From positions 1 to 64,000 of the IMG/VR virus record IMGVR_UViG_3300047557_002951: a stretch of 64,000 nt of DNA; one strand, given 5' to 3'. Shown here one piece after another: positions 1 to 9,128 of the stretch; position 1 is the first letter of the stretch; each line of letters begins with the position of its first letter. The notes under the pieces are model-generated. The model worked only from the letters and a program-made list of their open reading frames with translations, searched no databases and was not told the origin of the DNA. The translations under genes and the position numbers were made by a program. Origin of the DNA: a virus.

Positions 1-121
1 TTTCTTGGGCAAACTTCACAAAGGCATCAAAGTTTCCAGAATACTCCCAACCATCATTTTCATCCCAATCTTCTTCAAAGTGTTCTTTTACAAGTTTGAG
101 GATTTCTTCATCTAAAATCAT
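1..121 (-). CDS. hypothetical protein, 3' end runs off the window
   Basis: ATG at 121 overlaps the stop of the upstream ORF; open frame MILDEEILKLVKKHFEEDW... to the edge; not in the ORF track. Confidence 0.7.
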   Translation of the reverse strand, partial: MILDEEILKLVKEHFEEDWDENDGWEYSGNFDAFVKFAQE

Positions 122-351
122 TAGAGTGCCTCCAATTCAGTAGCAATACTCAAAATTGCCTCACGAATTTCATCATTACGACCTTCCATTCCTGCGTCGT
201 ATTCTTTGTCCCCATAAAAACACCTATAATCATCAGGGGCAACATTATCAGCAAGAACACGAAGGGCAGAGGCAAATCCATCACGAATTCTTCCTCCGTT
301 AGAAAATACTTCATCAGCAGCATCTATGATTGCTTGTGCTCTGGTAGTCAT
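121..351 (-). CDS. small phage hypothetical protein
   Basis: 76-aa ORF with overlapping start/stop codons on both sides. Confidence 0.75.
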   Translation of the reverse strand: MTTRAQAIIDAADEVFSNGGRIRDGFASALRVLADNVAPDDYRCFYGDKEYDAGMEGRNDEIREAILSIATELEAL

Positions 352-587
352 TTGTAATCTTCTATGTAAGTTTGATAATCAAAATCTTCCTTATCAAATT
401 GTTTAATCTCCCCATCCAAACAAGCAATAAGTTTTACGATGTGGCAGTATTGTTTATAATGTTCCGAATTATTGAATTCGTCTTCAGCATCTTCTATTGT
501 AAGGTAAATGTGCTGATTGGTCTTATGTAAATCAGCATAGACCTTACCATCCTGCCTCTTTTGCATAATCACATAGAATTCAGTCAT
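348..587 (-). CDS. small phage hypothetical protein
   Basis: Start moved to MTEFYV (ATGA overlap with upstream stop). Confidence 0.75.
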   Translation of the reverse strand: MTEFYVIMQKRQDGKVYADLHKTNQHIYLTIEDAEDEFNNSEHYKQYCHIVKLIACLDGEIKQFDKEDFDYQTYIEDYK

Positions 588-844
588 TCTTCCCACCCAT
601 CAAAGTATTCTGTGAAAAAGTTAAAACTGAAACCAACCTTACCAAGTTGAAAATCTGCTCCAAATAAAGAAGTAGAAGTGAAAAATGAGAGCAGGATGTG
701 TAATCCACCATTACTATGAACTAAAGCACTGGGATTTTCATAATTCGCCCACAGGAATGAACGATTTTTGAGAATAACAAACTGCCAAGTATGAGAGGTT
801 TGACCATCATCCCAAACTTTTTTATCGTATTGAAAGAGTTTCAT
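584..844 (-). CDS. small phage hypothetical protein
   Basis: Start moved to MKLFQY because the track start (877) lies upstream of the -10 box at 866-871. Confidence 0.7.
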   Translation of the reverse strand: MKLFQYDKKVWDDGQTSHTWQFVILKNRSFLWANYENPSALVHSNGGLHILLSFFTSTSLFGADFQLGKVGFSFNFFTEYFDGWEE

Positions 845-865
845 CTGTTTGTTGTGTATAGAGTC

Positions 866-920
866 ATTATAGCACAAAGCACACTACCCACAAGGAGAAG
901 TGTGCCAGTTTATGAATTGG
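866..920 (-). promoter_or_regulatory. repeated early element copy 1: palindrome + stem-loop + extended -10
   Basis: TGTGCCAGTT-tatg-AATTGG at 901-920; stem gcacact/agtgtgc 879-905; minus-strand TGcTATAAT with hexamer at 866-871; 29-nt spacer. Confidence 0.75.
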
Positions 921-937
921 ATATTACAATAAAGTTC

Positions 938-1294
938 TTACCAAGGAAGTTCTTTGTTAATAATTTCTGGTTCAGGTGAAGGTGTTGGATATGCTCTAGA
1001 ATTAACCCTATCTATAATTCTTTTTTCCATATCTTCAATTCTTTGACTTTCAAGTATGTTCTGAATCCACCCAAAAACAATACCCTCAGTTAATTCATTA
1101 AAAGGAATAAAAGAATCTGAATTTGGATCGACCTCTTCTATTTCCAATGGGAAAGTTCTATCTACCCTCTCAAAATATTCTTCTGGTGCACTATCCGCAT
1201 AAGTATACCACTCAACCACAACATTAGAGACAGTATCAGTGCCGTTATTAATAACATTCAATGATTTTATTTTCTTTTCTTGTACAATCGCCAT
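938..1294 (-). CDS. small fibre-associated phage protein
   Basis: FIPFNELTEGIVFGWI motif and C-terminal LPW resemble small proteins found next to S74 fibres; own late promoter. Confidence 0.6.
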   Translation of the reverse strand: MAIVQEKKIKSLNVINNGTDTVSNVVVEWYTYADSAPEEYFERVDRTFPLEIEEVDPNSDSFIPFNELTEGIVFGWIQNILESQRIEDMEKRIIDRVNSRAYPTPSPEPEIINKELPW

Positions 1295-1316
1295 ATTACT
1301 AGATTAAATTTACTAT

Positions 1317-1324
1317 TATTTATA
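1317..1324 (-). promoter_or_regulatory. T4-type late promoter TATAAATA
   Basis: Exact consensus about 22 nt upstream of the ATG at 1294. Confidence 0.7.
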
Positions 1325-2279
1325 ATCCTATCATAGTTATTTCTTTTTCATTTTCAAAAAAATTGGAAGTATTTTCAGTTTCTTCAATTTTATAGTCGTC
1401 ACTTTCATCGTCATCATAAAGCATTCTCCAGAATTCAGTATTTTCACATTTTTTAAGAATATTATCAGATAAAATATCTTCTGGATTATTAGATGTTTTT
1501 TCAATAGTATCTCTTACTTCATGAATATCAACAAGTCCATATGCACGAGCATCATTCTCTTTATTATTATTCCCCAAACCATCAAATGAATGAGTATAAT
1601 ATTCTTCTCCAAGAAAATCATAAATTTTTTCTATTGTTTCCTGAGGATTAGAAACAAGGTCATTGTATTCCACAAAATGAATTGACTTTTCATTGCCTCT
1701 CATCAATGCTTCCCTAATTGATTCTACAGATTGACCCAAAATACCTTGTGAACTAGCAAGAAATTCACAACGATTATCATCAGTCAATGGAATATTCATT
1801 TTAATAAGCATTTCATCAATAAAATTAACTCTACCATTTACTTCAAATGGATTACGACGAATTAATGAAATAAATGAAGTTAAAATCTCAGAAGTATCTC
1901 TGACTGGACAAATGATTTTTGGTTCAATACCAAAGTATCCTTTAATATATTCAATTCTTGAGGTCCAGGAACGATTTTTATCAAATATAATTGATTCTTG
2001 GCGATCACTATAGTAAGTGGAAAGAACTGATCCAATAATCTCTCTTGCCTGTTCTGGTTTAGGATATGCATGATATAATTCATCATTTGACAATGACTGT
2101 TCAATTGCAACCATTGTAGGGACCACAGGAGAACTTGGTCCAGAATAAAATTTTGGATTTTGATTTAAAATTGTAGAAATTAAAGTGCTTCCTGATCGAG
2201 GAAGACCTGCCATAAAATAATATGTTTTATTCATTCTTCCCATCTCCTCACGGAGAATTTCTTTAATCATATCTTTCAT
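1320..2279 (-). CDS. PAPS-dependent sulfotransferase family protein
   Basis: 5'-PSB-like AGLPRSGSTL, DKNRSW, RD...SF, VEYNDLV..P; paralogue of 40742..41524. Confidence 0.85.
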   Translation of the reverse strand: MKDMIKEILREEMGRMNKTYYFMAGLPRSGSTLISTILNQNPKFYSGPSSPVVPTMVAIEQSLSNDELYHAYPKPEQAREIIGSVLSTYYSDRQESIIFDKNRSWTSRIEYIKGYFGIEPKIICPVRDTSEILTSFISLIRRNPFEVNGRVNFIDEMLIKMNIPLTDDNRCEFLASSQGILGQSVESIREALMRGNEKSIHFVEYNDLVSNPQETIEKIYDFLGEEYYTHSFDGLGNNNKENDARAYGLVDIHEVRDTIEKTSNNPEDILSDNILKKCENTEFWRMLYDDDESDDYKIEETENTSNFFENEKEITMIGL

Positions 2280-2291
2280 TTGTTTAATTTC

Positions 2292-3191
2292 CTATTGCTT
2301 ATCAATTGAGTTTACTATTTTATCAAAATCAAAAAGTTCTTCCTGTTCACCAAATGGATATTCAATTTCTGTCCCATTAAAATCAAAATCAAATAGATAA
2401 CTTCCGGGAAGTTTAAAATCATAAGGTATTTCCGTGCAAATATTATCATGAATATCATATCCAAATACTTTTGGACTTGTTCCATTCCACAATACTGTTG
2501 ACGGTAATTTTAATGCAGCAGCAGCATGTTGCATACAAGAATCAATTAAAACTCTTTTTTTACTATGCAGTAGTATACTAAAGAGTTCTATTAATGTCAA
2601 TGATTGTTCTGGTGTTGCAAAAATTGGTGTTGCATCTTTTAGTTTAAGAGAGTTTATTTTTGTGATCTGATAAATCTTATAATCATTTTTATAATGATCA
2701 ACAATTCTTTGTGCTAGATCTTCAGGCATATCCCTTGTCCAAGAATATGGTTTTGCATTGGTAGACATTAGACCACCATTCGTATGAATAACCATATAAG
2801 GTTTTTTATCTTTAGACCATACTTCTCTTGAAATATTTTTCTGAAGTTTATTAAATTTTATAATAGGTTTTTCATTTGCGTAATTAAGATTATATAACTT
2901 ACACCAATTTTGAATAAGTGGAAGTTTTTTGTGAATATGATCCGTTGTAAAATAAGGTTCATGATAAAAAATTAGGGAATCTTCATCTTGAATATAATTC
3001 TGATAGAAATAACTTGTATTTCCTAATTGATAAACTCTATCCACAAAAGGGAGATTTAAAAATATCTCAGAATACACACAAACTACTATTAACTTACGAT
3101 CTGGATAGTTATTTTTAATACATTTTGCAACTGCTGTTGCTGCAATATGTTTCCCAATTCCACCTTGAACATGAAAAATACTGTACTTCAT
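2292..3191 (-). CDS. glycosyltransferase, GT-B/GT9-like
   Basis: N-terminal GGIGKHI; C-terminal IDSCMQHAAAALKLPSTVLW...FGY. Confidence 0.75.
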   Translation of the reverse strand: MKYSIFHVQGGIGKHIAATAVAKCIKNNYPDRKLIVVCVYSEIFLNLPFVDRVYQLGNTSYFYQNYIQDEDSLIFYHEPYFTTDHIHKKLPLIQNWCKLYNLNYANEKPIIKFNKLQKNISREVWSKDKKPYMVIHTNGGLMSTNAKPYSWTRDMPEDLAQRIVDHYKNDYKIYQITKINSLKLKDATPIFATPEQSLTLIELFSILLHSKKRVLIDSCMQHAAAALKLPSTVLWNGTSPKVFGYDIHDNICTEIPYDFKLPGSYLFDFDFNGTEIEYPFGEQEELFDFDKIVNSIDKQ

Positions 3192-3952
3192 AGTCTATGT
3201 TTTTTATTAAAGGTTTCTCTTTTTTGTCTGTATAGTTTTACCATATTATGAGGAATGTCCCAATGTTTTCCATTGATAAAATGATCATATGCTATAAGAT
3301 TTTTGGAATCTAATTCAATTCTTTTTGAAATGTCACTGTTTGGATTATTAAACTTAGTAAGAGTTTCTGATATTGTTCCCTTGATTTTATTGGAGTTGAT
3401 AGCATAGATGTTCTTTGATTGCTGAGCAAAAAAATCATCTCCATACCATACTTGATATAATGAAGGTATAAGTTTATAAGATTCTTTTCTCATAAACATA
3501 CAAATTCCAAATGCCCATGCCTGAGAACCAATAGGTTTTTGAGGATCGTAATTTAGTTTTACAATCTCTTCTTTTGTATCAATAAAATCATCAATCTTAT
3601 AGTTATTCTGTCTTCCTTGAAGATTAACTCCAATTAAGTCTCCTTCTTGTAGATTGAAATCAAGAACCATATCAAATACTTCTGAATATACTTTAATATC
3701 ATCGTTCAAAATTCCAATAACATTAGAGTTTGAACGATAGTATCCTTCATTCCAAGCAGGATTTACAAAAATATTTCTTCCATATGAGACTAACTCAATC
3801 TTTGGATGATTTAATATCTCATATGATGGTCTTTTAGATTTGTTATTATCAATGATGATAACTTTTTTAATAGAGTTATGACTTACATAAGTTTGTAAAG
3901 ATTCTTCAAAATTACCAACAAACCACATTGTTGGAATAATAAGATCGATCAT
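3188..3952 (-). CDS. glycosyltransferase, GT2-like
   Basis: LIIPTM, IIIDN, VNPAWNEG, ILNDD, WYGDD. Confidence 0.8.
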   Translation of the reverse strand: MIDLIIPTMWFVGNFEESLQTYVSHNSIKKVIIIDNNKSKRPSYEILNHPKIELVSYGRNIFVNPAWNEGYYRSNSNVIGILNDDIKVYSEVFDMVLDFNLQEGDLIGVNLQGRQNNYKIDDFIDTKEEIVKLNYDPQKPIGSQAWAFGICMFMRKESYKLIPSLYQVWYGDDFFAQQSKNIYAINSNKIKGTISETLTKFNNPNSDISKRIELDSKNLIAYDHFINGKHWDIPHNMVKLYRQKRETFNKKHRL

Positions 3953-4599
3953 AAATTATTACTTTTTTCAAAGTTTCCTTTATACATTTTATTTCCAATA
4001 TGAGATACAGTATGCTTTGGATTCAACCAAATATCATAACCAAGTTCTTTTATCTTTTTAGTGAGTGTAATATCCTCTCCAATGAAAGAACCATTCTCAA
4101 AAGTATATTCGCAAATATTTTTTAGTTGCTTATTTCGAAAAAATAATTCTGTATTAGAATTCCACAAGTCTATGATTATTTTTCTGGATAGCTTGAGAAA
4201 TCCAGTTCCACATTTTTCTATTTTAATATAACCGTCAGTATCTTTTTCTTTGTCCTCACTCAACCAGACATTATATCCAATCTTTGTGTCTCCTTTATTA
4301 ACGACAGGAACTGTTATTACATCTTTTTCCGATTGGATAATTTCTATAAGTGCTTTTTCATCCCAGTATTCATCATCATCAATGAAAACCATTACATCAT
4401 AATTTTCATCATACGCAAGTTTAAAGAGTTCATTCCTTGCCATTGGCAAAATACTTTCATTAGCAAGAAAGACACATCGTATGTCTAGATTATTTTTAAT
4501 TCCTAGTTTGATAGATTCGCAAAGACTGTGAACAAAATATGCATCGACCTTTTGATCTAAACAAGGTGTTGCTATTAACACTTTTTTCATAAGTTTCAT
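3949..4599 (-). CDS. glycosyltransferase, GT-A fold
   Basis: VLIATP, ARNEL, FIDDD, GTGFLKL, GEDI, SHIG. Confidence 0.8.
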   Translation of the reverse strand: MKLMKKVLIATPCLDQKVDAYFVHSLCESIKLGIKNNLDIRCVFLANESILPMARNELFKLAYDENYDVMVFIDDDEYWDEKALIEIIQSEKDVITVPVVNKGDTKIGYNVWLSEDKEKDTDGYIKIEKCGTGFLKLSRKIIIDLWNSNTELFFRNKQLKNICEYTFENGSFIGEDITLTKKIKELGYDIWLNPKHTVSHIGNKMYKGNFEKSNNL

Positions 4600-4602
4600 G
4601 CA

Positions 4603-5382
4603 TTAAGGTAAAATAAATTTAAAAATACCACACGGATCCATCTCCCACCACTTGCCACTTAAATCTGAACCAAAATTAAATGACTCAGGATGTGCATGGT
4701 GATTATTATGATATCCTAATCCCCAACTTACTAAAGATAAAAATAAATTATTTTGTGTGTTGTCTGGAGTATCAAAATTACGATAGTTTCCTATAAATCC
4801 ACTATGCCCAAAAACATTTATAGAATTATCTACAACACAAGAAATCGCACCAGGCAAACAAATTGATGCTAAAGCAAATTTCCAATTTATAAAAGATACT
4901 GCGATTGGAACTAACCATAATAAATTTAATTGATTTTTGTGAAACCAAACATGATTTGGTTTCTTGAGTAAATCAGTCGCATATTTCATATTAACAACAA
5001 CATTAGATTCTGTTATTTCACTAGTCCATCCATAAAAAGCAAACCATTTACCCTTTGTAACTGGACTATGCAAATCATTTTCTGTATCTGAATACTTGTG
5101 ATGTTGTCTATGAGAAGCAGTCCAAGTAATTGAAGATCCTTGCCCAGATAATGCAGCAAAAAATAAAATGATATTCTCTTTCCACACTGGCAGTACAAAT
5201 TGTTTATGTGAAAAAATGCGGTGATATCCTACTTGAGCACCAAGACCAGCAATTAATATCCATCCAATAAATGTATAGATCAAATAATATGTGGGAATTA
5301 TCCCCGAAGCAAATAATGCAATCGTTATTGTACCAACAATAACTAAAGGAATAAAACTAAAAAAAGAATATTTACTAATCAT
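4603..5382 (-). CDS. desC: membrane fatty acid desaturase, delta-9/DesC-like
   Basis: Three His boxes HRIFSH, HRQHH, HNNHH; DLHSP; hydrophobic segments; KWWEMDP tail. Confidence 0.85.
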   Translation of the reverse strand: MISKYSFFSFIPLVIVGTITIALFASGIIPTYYLIYTFIGWILIAGLGAQVGYHRIFSHKQFVLPVWKENIILFFAALSGQGSSITWTASHRQHHKYSDTENDLHSPVTKGKWFAFYGWTSEITESNVVVNMKYATDLLKKPNHVWFHKNQLNLLWLVPIAVSFINWKFALASICLPGAISCVVDNSINVFGHSGFIGNYRNFDTPDNTQNNLFLSLVSWGLGYHNNHHAHPESFNFGSDLSGKWWEMDPCGIFKFILP

Positions 5383-5392
5383 ATATCACTTC

Positions 5393-5839
5393 TTAAAATT
5401 TTGATATCCACATTTTTTCATTTATTGGACTGTTTAGAGGTTCCCATCCTAACATCAACATAATTTTATCACTAATTTTTTTATTTTCTAATACTGCTAT
5501 AATACCTTTGGGTTTTTCATATTCTTGAAGATTTTTCAAATATTCTTTTGTTATTGTCGTCATATTATTTCCATTACGATTGATAATACGATTTCTATAT
5601 TTTGGATCAACATACATCCTATAAAAATAGAAAAGTTCGTTTTTAGGTTTGAATATATCTTTATATACTGTAGTTACTCCAACAATTTCGTTGTTTGAAT
5701 TTTTAGCAACTACTACTACTTGATCAATTCTCTTCAATTGTTCACTTTTAGGAAGAACATTATCCCACAGTTGTAGTATTTGTTTTTTATATGTGTGGGG
5801 TATGTTCTTATATACTACCTCAAAACTTAAATGATTCAT
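5393..5839 (-). CDS. putative GNAT-fold acyltransferase
   Basis: VVVAKN..EIVG and YRMYVDPKYRNR resemble GNAT beta-strands and motif A; LGW near the C-terminus. Confidence 0.55.
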   Translation of the reverse strand: MNHLSFEVVYKNIPHTYKKQILQLWDNVLPKSEQLKRIDQVVVVAKNSNNEIVGVTTVYKDIFKPKNELFYFYRMYVDPKYRNRIINRNGNNMTTITKEYLKNLQEYEKPKGIIAVLENKKISDKIMLMLGWEPLNSPINEKMWISKF

Positions 5840-5858
5840 CTCACTTTAAAATCTATTA

Positions 5859-6941
5859 CTAATTGGATTCTAACACTAATAGTCTAGATTTTAAAGTTTC
5901 TACTTCATCCGATAATTCTTTCACCGCATTAACTAAAACGGGAATCATATAATCTGAAGTGATCTTTAGATTCTCTGGGTCATTAGCATTTACAATGACT
6001 GGAGAATCACCTTCTGCCTCAAGAACATTTTGAGCACTGAAACCATATCTACGTTTACCTTCTTCATCTGTTAGACAACCAGTTTCACGATCCTTAAGTG
6101 CATATTCAATTGGGGTAATATTTTGAAGGAACCCTCTACCATGAGGAACATTGCCGAAAATGCATTTATCACGGCAGTCAGAAACTGTAGTCCAACCAAT
6201 CTGAATAAGAGCATTGGTGTGACTGCTATTACCCATAATGATGTGATTGGATTGTGTACTAACATTACAGAGACCCGATGCTCCATAACCAGAGCAACAA
6301 CCAAAGAATAGATTATTAGATCCAGTGGTGTTACAATATCCCGCAAAATAACCAATGAAGTTATTATTACTTCCAGTGGTGTTGCTGGATCCTGAATATG
6401 AGCCAATGAAGTTATTATCAAGTCCAGTGGTGTTATCGTATCCTGCAGTCATACCAAAAAAGTTATTACGACTTCCAGTGGTGTTATAGTATCCTGCTCT
6501 ATATCCAATGAAGTTGTTATTACTTCCAGTGGTGTTGCTGGATCCTGAATGATCACCAAAGAAGTTATTATCAGTTCCAGTGGTGTTCCTGGATCCTGCA
6601 CTTCTACTAAAGAAGTTGTTAAAACATCCATTGGTGTTGCAATGTCCCGCATATGTACCAAAGAAGTTATTATATTTTCCAGTGGTATTACAGTATCCTG
6701 CGTTATTCCCAAGGAAGTTGTTACCAGATCCAGTGGTATTACAGTATCCTGCGTTATTCCCAATGAAGTTATTATTACTTCCCGTGGTGTTACAGAATCC
6801 TGCATTTAAACCAATAAATGTATTATCAGTTCCAGTGGTTGATGTATTTCCTACACCAGCAGCAAAAAAATTATTGTTTCCTGGCCCAAAAAAATGTCGG
6901 TTATTATCTATAACAGTATTTCCGTTAATTTGAATTGCCAT
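5859..6941 (-). CDS. fibre/adhesin with 14-residue NTTG repeats and C-terminal peptidase S74 chaperone
   Basis: About 12 repeats of AGxxNTTGxxNNFxG (YadA-like beta-roll period); SDCRDK site, YGFSAQ, IPVLVNAVKEL coiled coil. Confidence 0.8.
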   Translation of the reverse strand: MAIQINGNTVIDNNRHFFGPGNNNFFAAGVGNTSTTGTDNTFIGLNAGFCNTTGSNNNFIGNNAGYCNTTGSGNNFLGNNAGYCNTTGKYNNFFGTYAGHCNTNGCFNNFFSRSAGSRNTTGTDNNFFGDHSGSSNTTGSNNNFIGYRAGYYNTTGSRNNFFGMTAGYDNTTGLDNNFIGSYSGSSNTTGSNNNFIGYFAGYCNTTGSNNLFFGCCSGYGASGLCNVSTQSNHIIMGNSSHTNALIQIGWTTVSDCRDKCIFGNVPHGRGFLQNITPIEYALKDRETGCLTDEEGKRRYGFSAQNVLEAEGDSPVIVNANDPENLKITSDYMIPVLVNAVKELSDEVETLKSRLLVLESN

Positions 6942-7015
6942 TTACTGCTCCCCCATAACGCAAAAGATGTCATGTTTTATCATCTTTGTGTGTATAATAG
7001 GTAATTTACTGCTAC

Positions 7016-7029
7016 TATTTATATAAATA
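7016..7029. promoter_or_regulatory. palindromic late promoter TATTTATATAAATA
   Basis: TATAAATA on minus at 7016-7023 (upstream of 6941) and on plus at 7022-7029. Confidence 0.7.
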
Positions 7030-7034
7030 TGATC

Positions 7035-7319
7035 TCATAGCAACTCCAATTTACAACCACCATTCACATCATAAACCACTTTGACTTGATAATCTACACA
7101 CATATTTGCCCTCCAAAAAGCATTTTTGAACTCTTCTGTTTCTTTCTCTGGGTATTTGGCAACAAGTTTGAAGTTCTCATCATACTCATTACAATTCACA
7201 TCATTAAGATAATGAAGATTTAGGAAACGATTGAGTTGTTGTTTTTGTTCGTGGTCAAGTTGAATTCTTACAAATGTGATGAATTCGTTTGATACTGTGA
7301 GTTCTTCGTGGTCAGTCAT
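7035..7319 (-). CDS. hypothetical protein
   Basis: 94-aa ORF, ATGA-coupled. Confidence 0.75.
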   Translation of the reverse strand: MTDHEELTVSNEFITFVRIQLDHEQKQQLNRFLNLHYLNDVNCNEYDENFKLVAKYPEKETEEFKNAFWRANMCVDYQVKVVYDVNGGCKLELL

Positions 7320-7555
7320 TTAAGTTTTTGTAGTTGGTAAATAAGATGTTCAATGTCTTCAACTTCTACACATTTAACAGAATTGCCCCAACCATTTACA
7401 TCATAATCAAAATTATAAGCAAAGTTATCCAGCAAATACTGAAGAGTAGCAATACATACACGAGCACGATCACCTATTTTGGGTCGTAAAGTATATTCTT
7501 CTGTGACCTTGATTAGTGTCTCTGCGTGGGTTTTTTGTGGTAATGATTTAGTCAA
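7316..7555 (-). CDS. hypothetical protein
   Basis: 79-aa ORF, coupled to both neighbours. Confidence 0.75.
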   Translation of the reverse strand: MTKSLPQKTHAETLIKVTEEYTLRPKIGDRARVCIATLQYLLDNFAYNFDYDVNGWGNSVKCVEVEDIEHLIYQLQKLK

Positions 7556-7839
7556 GGTTTCACCGTTTGAATGAGAATTCGTTCTTTGGTAGTATCACGC
7601 TTTTTTGCAAGATACTCAATCGCTTCTTGATTTCGTTTGGGCAACTGATTCCATTCTACATGCTTTTCAATATAAGGTGATGGAAGAAATTTATCAATCT
7701 TATGGCATACTTTGTCCAAAGAGTTAGAAATAAACTCTGCCGTTGCTTGTGCAATCGCAAACGGACCAAGCACAATCAACCGAATTGCAACAAAATGTGG
7801 AATGTATTTAAGATAGGGATAGGTTTTGGTTTCAGTCAT
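7552..7839 (-). CDS. hypothetical protein, possible membrane segment
   Basis: 95-aa ORF with hydrophobic FVAIRLIVLGPFAIA. Confidence 0.75.
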   Translation of the reverse strand: MTETKTYPYLKYIPHFVAIRLIVLGPFAIAQATAEFISNSLDKVCHKIDKFLPSPYIEKHVEWNQLPKRNQEAIEYLAKKRDTTKERILIQTVKP

Positions 7840-8009
7840 TTGCTTAAAAGTTGATTGAGATCTTTTACGATGCGTTGTGCTTCTTCTGGTGAGTTACATT
7901 CTTCTACGATGTAACTGAAACCGTTGGAGAATGTTCGGCGGATTTTGTTGCCCTCAACAGAATAAGACCCATACCCAACTGGAACTTGATTGAGAATTGT
8001 TCTGAACAT
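7836..8009 (-). CDS. hypothetical protein
   Basis: Start moved to MFRTILN, downstream of the -10 box at 8031-8036. Confidence 0.7.
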   Translation of the reverse strand: MFRTILNQVPVGYGSYSVEGNKIRRTFSNGFSYIVEECNSPEEAQRIVKDLNQLLSK

Positions 8010-8030
8010 CAATTTGTTTGAACTGAAGAC

Positions 8031-8088
8031 ATTATAGACCAAAAAGGCACCTGTGAAGATGCCCTGTGCCAGTTATTCAGGTGTCATA
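8031..8088 (-). promoter_or_regulatory. repeated early element copy 2
   Basis: TGTGCCAGTT-attc-AGGTGTCA from 8065; minus-strand stem ggcatc/ggtgcc plus T-tract; TATAAT at 8031-8036; 28-nt spacer. Confidence 0.75.
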
Positions 8089-8448
8089 TTCTGCTATTGC
8101 TTCTTGCATAGCATTTGCGATCCTTTCATTTAAGTTATCGTCAGGATCATTCAGAATCTGACGAATAGGATCATTATACTTTCTGTCTATTTGTTTGACC
8201 CTATCCATAAAACTGCAATCACCATGATCACCAGAATAAAGATAGTCAATCTCTTTCATAATTTCTGAAGTCTTTTGTAGTTGTGGGACATAAGAATTAA
8301 GAAAGTCAATAACTTCAGGTGAGTGTCCTTGGTGGTATCCCCATTCATCACTCATGAAATTGTTTTTAATTTCTTGGTTTAATTCATCAGCAAATTGCGA
8401 GACTTTATAGTAAACATAACCACAATCATTGAAATGTCCGCCGCTCAT
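8077..8448 (-). CDS. phage hypothetical protein
   Basis: 123 aa; MSGGHF N-terminus and YLYSGDHG motif. Confidence 0.75.
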   Translation of the reverse strand: MSGGHFNDCGYVYYKVSQFADELNQEIKNNFMSDEWGYHQGHSPEVIDFLNSYVPQLQKTSEIMKEIDYLYSGDHGDCSFMDRVKQIDRKYNDPIRQILNDPDDNLNERIANAMQEAIAEYDT

Positions 8449-8660
8449 TTTTTGTTCTCCAATTTATCAATTACTTGTGAAGCATATTCAGCAAGATCAA
8501 ACATGGTATCATCGCTACAGTAATTTTCTACATGATCAATTAAAAAATCGTCCATCGCCAGAAAAATGTGAGCTGCTCTTTTCTTGTCATGATCTAAAAT
8601 TGCAGTATGAGGATCTGCAATGATTTTTGTGGTGATGTCAAAAAGTTCGTTGAGTGTCAT
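8445..8660 (-). CDS. hypothetical protein
   Basis: 71-aa coupled ORF. Confidence 0.75.
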   Translation of the reverse strand: MTLNELFDITTKIIADPHTAILDHDKKRAAHIFLAMDDFLIDHVENYCSDDTMFDLAEYASQVIDKLENKK

Positions 8661-8851
8661 GAGTTTGCTTCAATGATTGTTTTGATTTGTTTGAGATTGT
8701 TCAGATGTAGTTCTTTTTCGTCATACTCTTCAGTCAAATAGTCAACACAATTATCTTCAAAATTTGTTTCTTCTCTAATCTCCCATGAAATCGATTCAAG
8801 ATCTGCCTCTAGATCATTAATGAAATGATTTAAAGTTTCAATTAAAGTCAT
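8657..8851 (-). CDS. acidic hypothetical protein
   Basis: 64-aa coupled ORF. Confidence 0.75.
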   Translation of the reverse strand: MTLIETLNHFINDLEADLESISWEIREETNFEDNCVDYLTEEYDEKELHLNNLKQIKTIIEANS

Positions 8852-9126
8852 TCAAATTCACCTGGTTTTGGTTCTGGAACTGGAGGGAGAGGAGGAAGAA
8901 CTTGTGGTTGTTGAATAATTACTGGCTCTTGCTTTGGTTGTTCTTTTACTTCGTTTAGTTGTTCTTCAAGTTGAGTTATTTTTTCTTCAAAGGCAGAAAC
9001 ATCTGGCTGTTGGATTTGTTCAACTGGTGGATTCTGGCTTTCTTGTGATAGCTTATATCCGGCAGCCGCCGCGCCAAAAATACTGGCAAGAGCAGCAACA
9101 ACAGAAACAGTCTTGGAAAAACTCAT
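8848..9126 (-). CDS. membrane-anchored protein with coiled coil and Pro-rich tail
   Basis: N-terminal VSVVAALASIFGAAAAGY; LPPLPPVPEP; start at MSFSK. Confidence 0.75.
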   Translation of the reverse strand: MSFSKTVSVVAALASIFGAAAAGYKLSQESQNPPVEQIQQPDVSAFEEKITQLEEQLNEVKEQPKQEPVIIQQPQVLPPLPPVPEPKPGEFE

Positions 9127-9128
9127 AG

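Noticed and set aside
6300-6850. 42-bp periodic repeat (ccagtggtgtt...) as a CRISPR or iteron array
   Set aside because: It encodes the 14-aa NTTG repeat inside an intact fibre gene
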